64,000 nt of DNA, taken from contig OY969585.1 in NCBI GenBank assembly GCA_963701295.1, forward strand, positions 2,240,001 through 2,304,000, written 5' to 3'. This stretch comes from Ignavibacteriota bacterium. GTDB taxonomy: Bacteria; Bacteroidota; Ignavibacteria; UBA10030. Within the stretch, counting starts at the first letter, position 1; each line of letters opens with the position of its first letter. The notes beneath the pieces were generated by a model. The model saw nothing but the letters and a program-made list of their open reading frames with translations, searched no databases and was not told the DNA's origin. Position numbers and translations under genes: made by a program. Positions 61,760 through 64,000 of the stretch are shown here, one piece after another.

Positions 61760-62011
61760 TTCTTTTTGAAAACCATTATTAGTATAAGGTTTATTTAAAC
61801 GAATCTGAAATGGTTTTTTGTCGCATCAGTTTGACAGGTGTCTTAATATTTTTTATTCAAAGTTCTCTGGTGTGTACCAAGAAAAGTTCAGTGCAGGATA
61901 ATCTTGTAGTAGTTCCTGATATCTTGATAGCACATGTTGTTGACGGAAGGGGAGATAATGCTTGTTGGGAGCGTGTTTTATGAACATAAAGTAAGATTTG
62001 AACTTGGGTAA

Positions 62012-63934
62012 ATGAAAAATAAGAAAAAGAAAATAAAAGGAATTAATGCTGCACCCATGCTGACTCTATCTCCTCGGAAACGGAGAATATTCATGGGTAT
62101 AGCTTTTCTATTCCCATTCATATGTATCCTGTTTCTTGAAATGGGTCTTCGGTTTTTTCACTACGGTGGAAATCTTGATTTATTTATTGAAGGACCGGTC
62201 GGGTATGGAGAATATCTCCAATGTAATCCGAATGTTGCCCGCCGCTATTTCTCTTTGCAGGCGAATATACCGACACCTCCAAAACAATTATTTCTCAAGC
62301 GAAAGCCTTCAAATGGGTACAGAATATTCGTGTTAGGTGAATCCAGTGCTGCAGGTTTTCCTTATGGAAATAACGCTTCTTTTCCTAATGTTTTAGAACG
62401 GGGTCTCTCAAATGCGTTTCCTGAAAAGCGGATTGAAGTAATTAATGTTGCTATGGCTGCTATCAATAGCTATGCACTTTTGGACCTGGTTGACGAAGTC
62501 ATGAAACAATCACCCGATGCATTACTTATTTATACAGGTCATAATGAGTATTATGGTGCATTGGGTGTAGGATCGGTTCAATCTTTGGGCAATTCGCGAT
62601 GGCTTATTACTACGTATCTAAAGTTCCGATCAATAAAAACATTTTTACTCTTACGTGATTTTATTGGATGGACAAAAATTCAGTTTAGCAAAATATTTTA
62701 TAAAGGAAGTGAGATTGATCCTTCTGCAACACTCATGGAAAGAATAGTAGCAGAACAAACCATTCCGTATGGCAGTTCACTGTATGAGTTAGGAAAAAGA
62801 CAATTTGAAGAAAATTTGGATGCTATCATCCAAAAAGCTTCAGAAAATAATGTGCATGTGATACTAAGTGAATTGGTGAGCAATGTAAGAGATCAGGAAC
62901 CATTTATCTCGATAGAGGATAAAGAAGGACAATCGGCAAAATCATTTTATACACTAGCACGTCAGTTAGAAATAAAAGGTGATTATGAAAAAGCCGAACA
63001 AAAATATCTTTTGGCAAAAGACTTCGATGCGTTGCGCTTTCGCGCGCCAGAAGAGTTTAATTTAATTTTAAGGGAATTAGCGAAGAAATATTCCATTCCG
63101 GTTGTACCTACGATATCGTATTTTGAAAAAGAATCTCCGAATAAAATAATCGGAAGTTCTTTGATACTGGAACATGTACATCCAAACATAAAAGGCTATT
63201 TTCTTTTAGCAAAAGCATTTTATGAAACAATTCAAAACAATCGGATGATTAGCAATGAATGGCCATCGAATAGTATTGATCAAGAATGGAATCATGGATT
63301 AACCGAATTAGACAGTGTCTATAGTACGCTGGTAATCCAGCAATTAAAGGGTAGTTGGCCCTTTCAACCGAAATCCCTGCCAAATCGGTTTGTCAAAAAT
63401 TTTCAACCTTCTAATTATATCGAAGAAATTGTCTATCGTGTTATGCAAAGTGCAAATTATAGCTTAGAATCTGGTCATATGGAGTTAGGTGCATATTATG
63501 AAAAACACGGTAACTTGGATAAGGCATTTTTAGAATATAACGCCCTTATTACTTCAATTCCTCATGAAATGGAATTTTATCAGAAAGCAGCAACTGTCCT
63601 TCTGGAAGAAAAAGAGTATGATAGAGCTTCGCAATTGTTGCGCATATCATTAAAATATAAAGAGAACTATTTTGCAAATAAATGGATTGGGCAAGTGGCG
63701 TTGATGAAGAATGATTATAAAGAAGCTATTTCATTTTTATCAAAAGCAGATTTGTTAGATAATCAGGTTGTATTTAATTTAAGCCGCGCTTGCTATTCGA
63801 ATAACCAATGGAATCGTGGAGAAGAGTATTATCAGCGGTTACGAAATATGGCTCCACGATCTGAGTATGTAACCTATCTCGCGAAGTTACGTGTTTTGAT
63901 GCAGCTAAAAGAAAGTACAAAGAAGACAAATTAA
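62012..63934 (+). CDS. Second membrane-anchored SGNH/GDSL-like hydrolase with TPR repeats
   Basis: Paralog of 50805-53036: LGESSAAGFP, YTGHNEYYG, EHVHPN, WPFQP. Confidence 0.8.
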   Translation: MKNKKKKIKGINAAPMLTLSPRKRRIFMGIAFLFPFICILFLEMGLRFFHYGGNLDLFIEGPVGYGEYLQCNPNVARRYFSLQANIPTPPKQLFLKRKPSNGYRIFVLGESSAAGFPYGNNASFPNVLERGLSNAFPEKRIEVINVAMAAINSYALLDLVDEVMKQSPDALLIYTGHNEYYGALGVGSVQSLGNSRWLITTYLKFRSIKTFLLLRDFIGWTKIQFSKIFYKGSEIDPSATLMERIVAEQTIPYGSSLYELGKRQFEENLDAIIQKASENNVHVILSELVSNVRDQEPFISIEDKEGQSAKSFYTLARQLEIKGDYEKAEQKYLLAKDFDALRFRAPEEFNLILRELAKKYSIPVVPTISYFEKESPNKIIGSSLILEHVHPNIKGYFLLAKAFYETIQNNRMISNEWPSNSIDQEWNHGLTELDSVYSTLVIQQLKGSWPFQPKSLPNRFVKNFQPSNYIEEIVYRVMQSANYSLESGHMELGAYYEKHGNLDKAFLEYNALITSIPHEMEFYQKAATVLLEEKEYDRASQLLRISLKYKENYFANKWIGQVALMKNDYKEAISFLSKADLLDNQVVFNLSRACYSNNQWNRGEEYYQRLRNMAPRSEYVTYLAKLRVLMQLKESTKKTN

Positions 63935-64000
63935 TCAATAGTGATAACTGGTTTTTTGAACGTAATAATATTTTCCATAGATATAGATAGAGTGCTATAT

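Noticed and set aside
1-64000. Many short antisense or alternate-frame ORFs in the track (e.g. 597-1097, 8482-8952, 10937-11518, 29915-30550, 42008-42421)
   Set aside because: They overlap well-supported genes and show no recognisable motifs; shadow ORFs
1-64000. CRISPR array, rRNA, tRNA, integrase or transposase genes
   Set aside because: No regularly spaced repeats, RNA gene signatures or recombinase motifs seen by eye

Overview
Bacterial chromosomal segment. The gene repertoire (T9SS C-terminal sorting domains, PorV family, carboxypeptidase-N/TonB-type receptor, sigma54 activator) suggests an FCB-group organism such as Ignavibacteria; this is an inference. Bases 1-11.9 kb are housekeeping: uppP, cyclophilin, holA, a phytol-kinase/DUF92 fusion, acyl-CoA carboxylase beta, an MltD-like LysM transglycosylase and pdhABC. 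From ~12 kb to the end, every supported gene is on the + strand and the region is dominated by carbohydrate use. It contains GH5, GH42, GH2, an unassigned hydrolase-like protein, a nucleotidyltransferase plus a GHMP-kinase/pyrophosphorylase fusion, an extended NDK, and a solute-binding protein/histidine kinase/sigma54 activator trio. Next comes a SusD-less outer-membrane module (TonB-type receptor, T9SS-sorted partner, PorV-family barrel, IPT lipoprotein, tandem CBM9-like protein). It is followed by a Na+/solute symporter, a GH94 phosphorylase, two SGNH-TPR proteins, two T9SS-sorted DUF362 proteins with a conserved long leader, and a DUF4380-like protein. Best candidates for undescribed biology: (i) the SusD-less, PorV-coupled glycan uptake locus and its sensor trio, (ii) the secreted DUF362 family, (iii) the kinase-pyrophosphorylase salvage pair, and (iv) scattered gene-cassette remnants with half attC-like sites but no integrase. 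Two genes carry single-G frameshifts, and there is a nested palindrome cluster at 50.2-50.8 kb. No rRNA, tRNA, CRISPR array or intact mobile element was seen. All family calls are motif recognition by eye, not database results.
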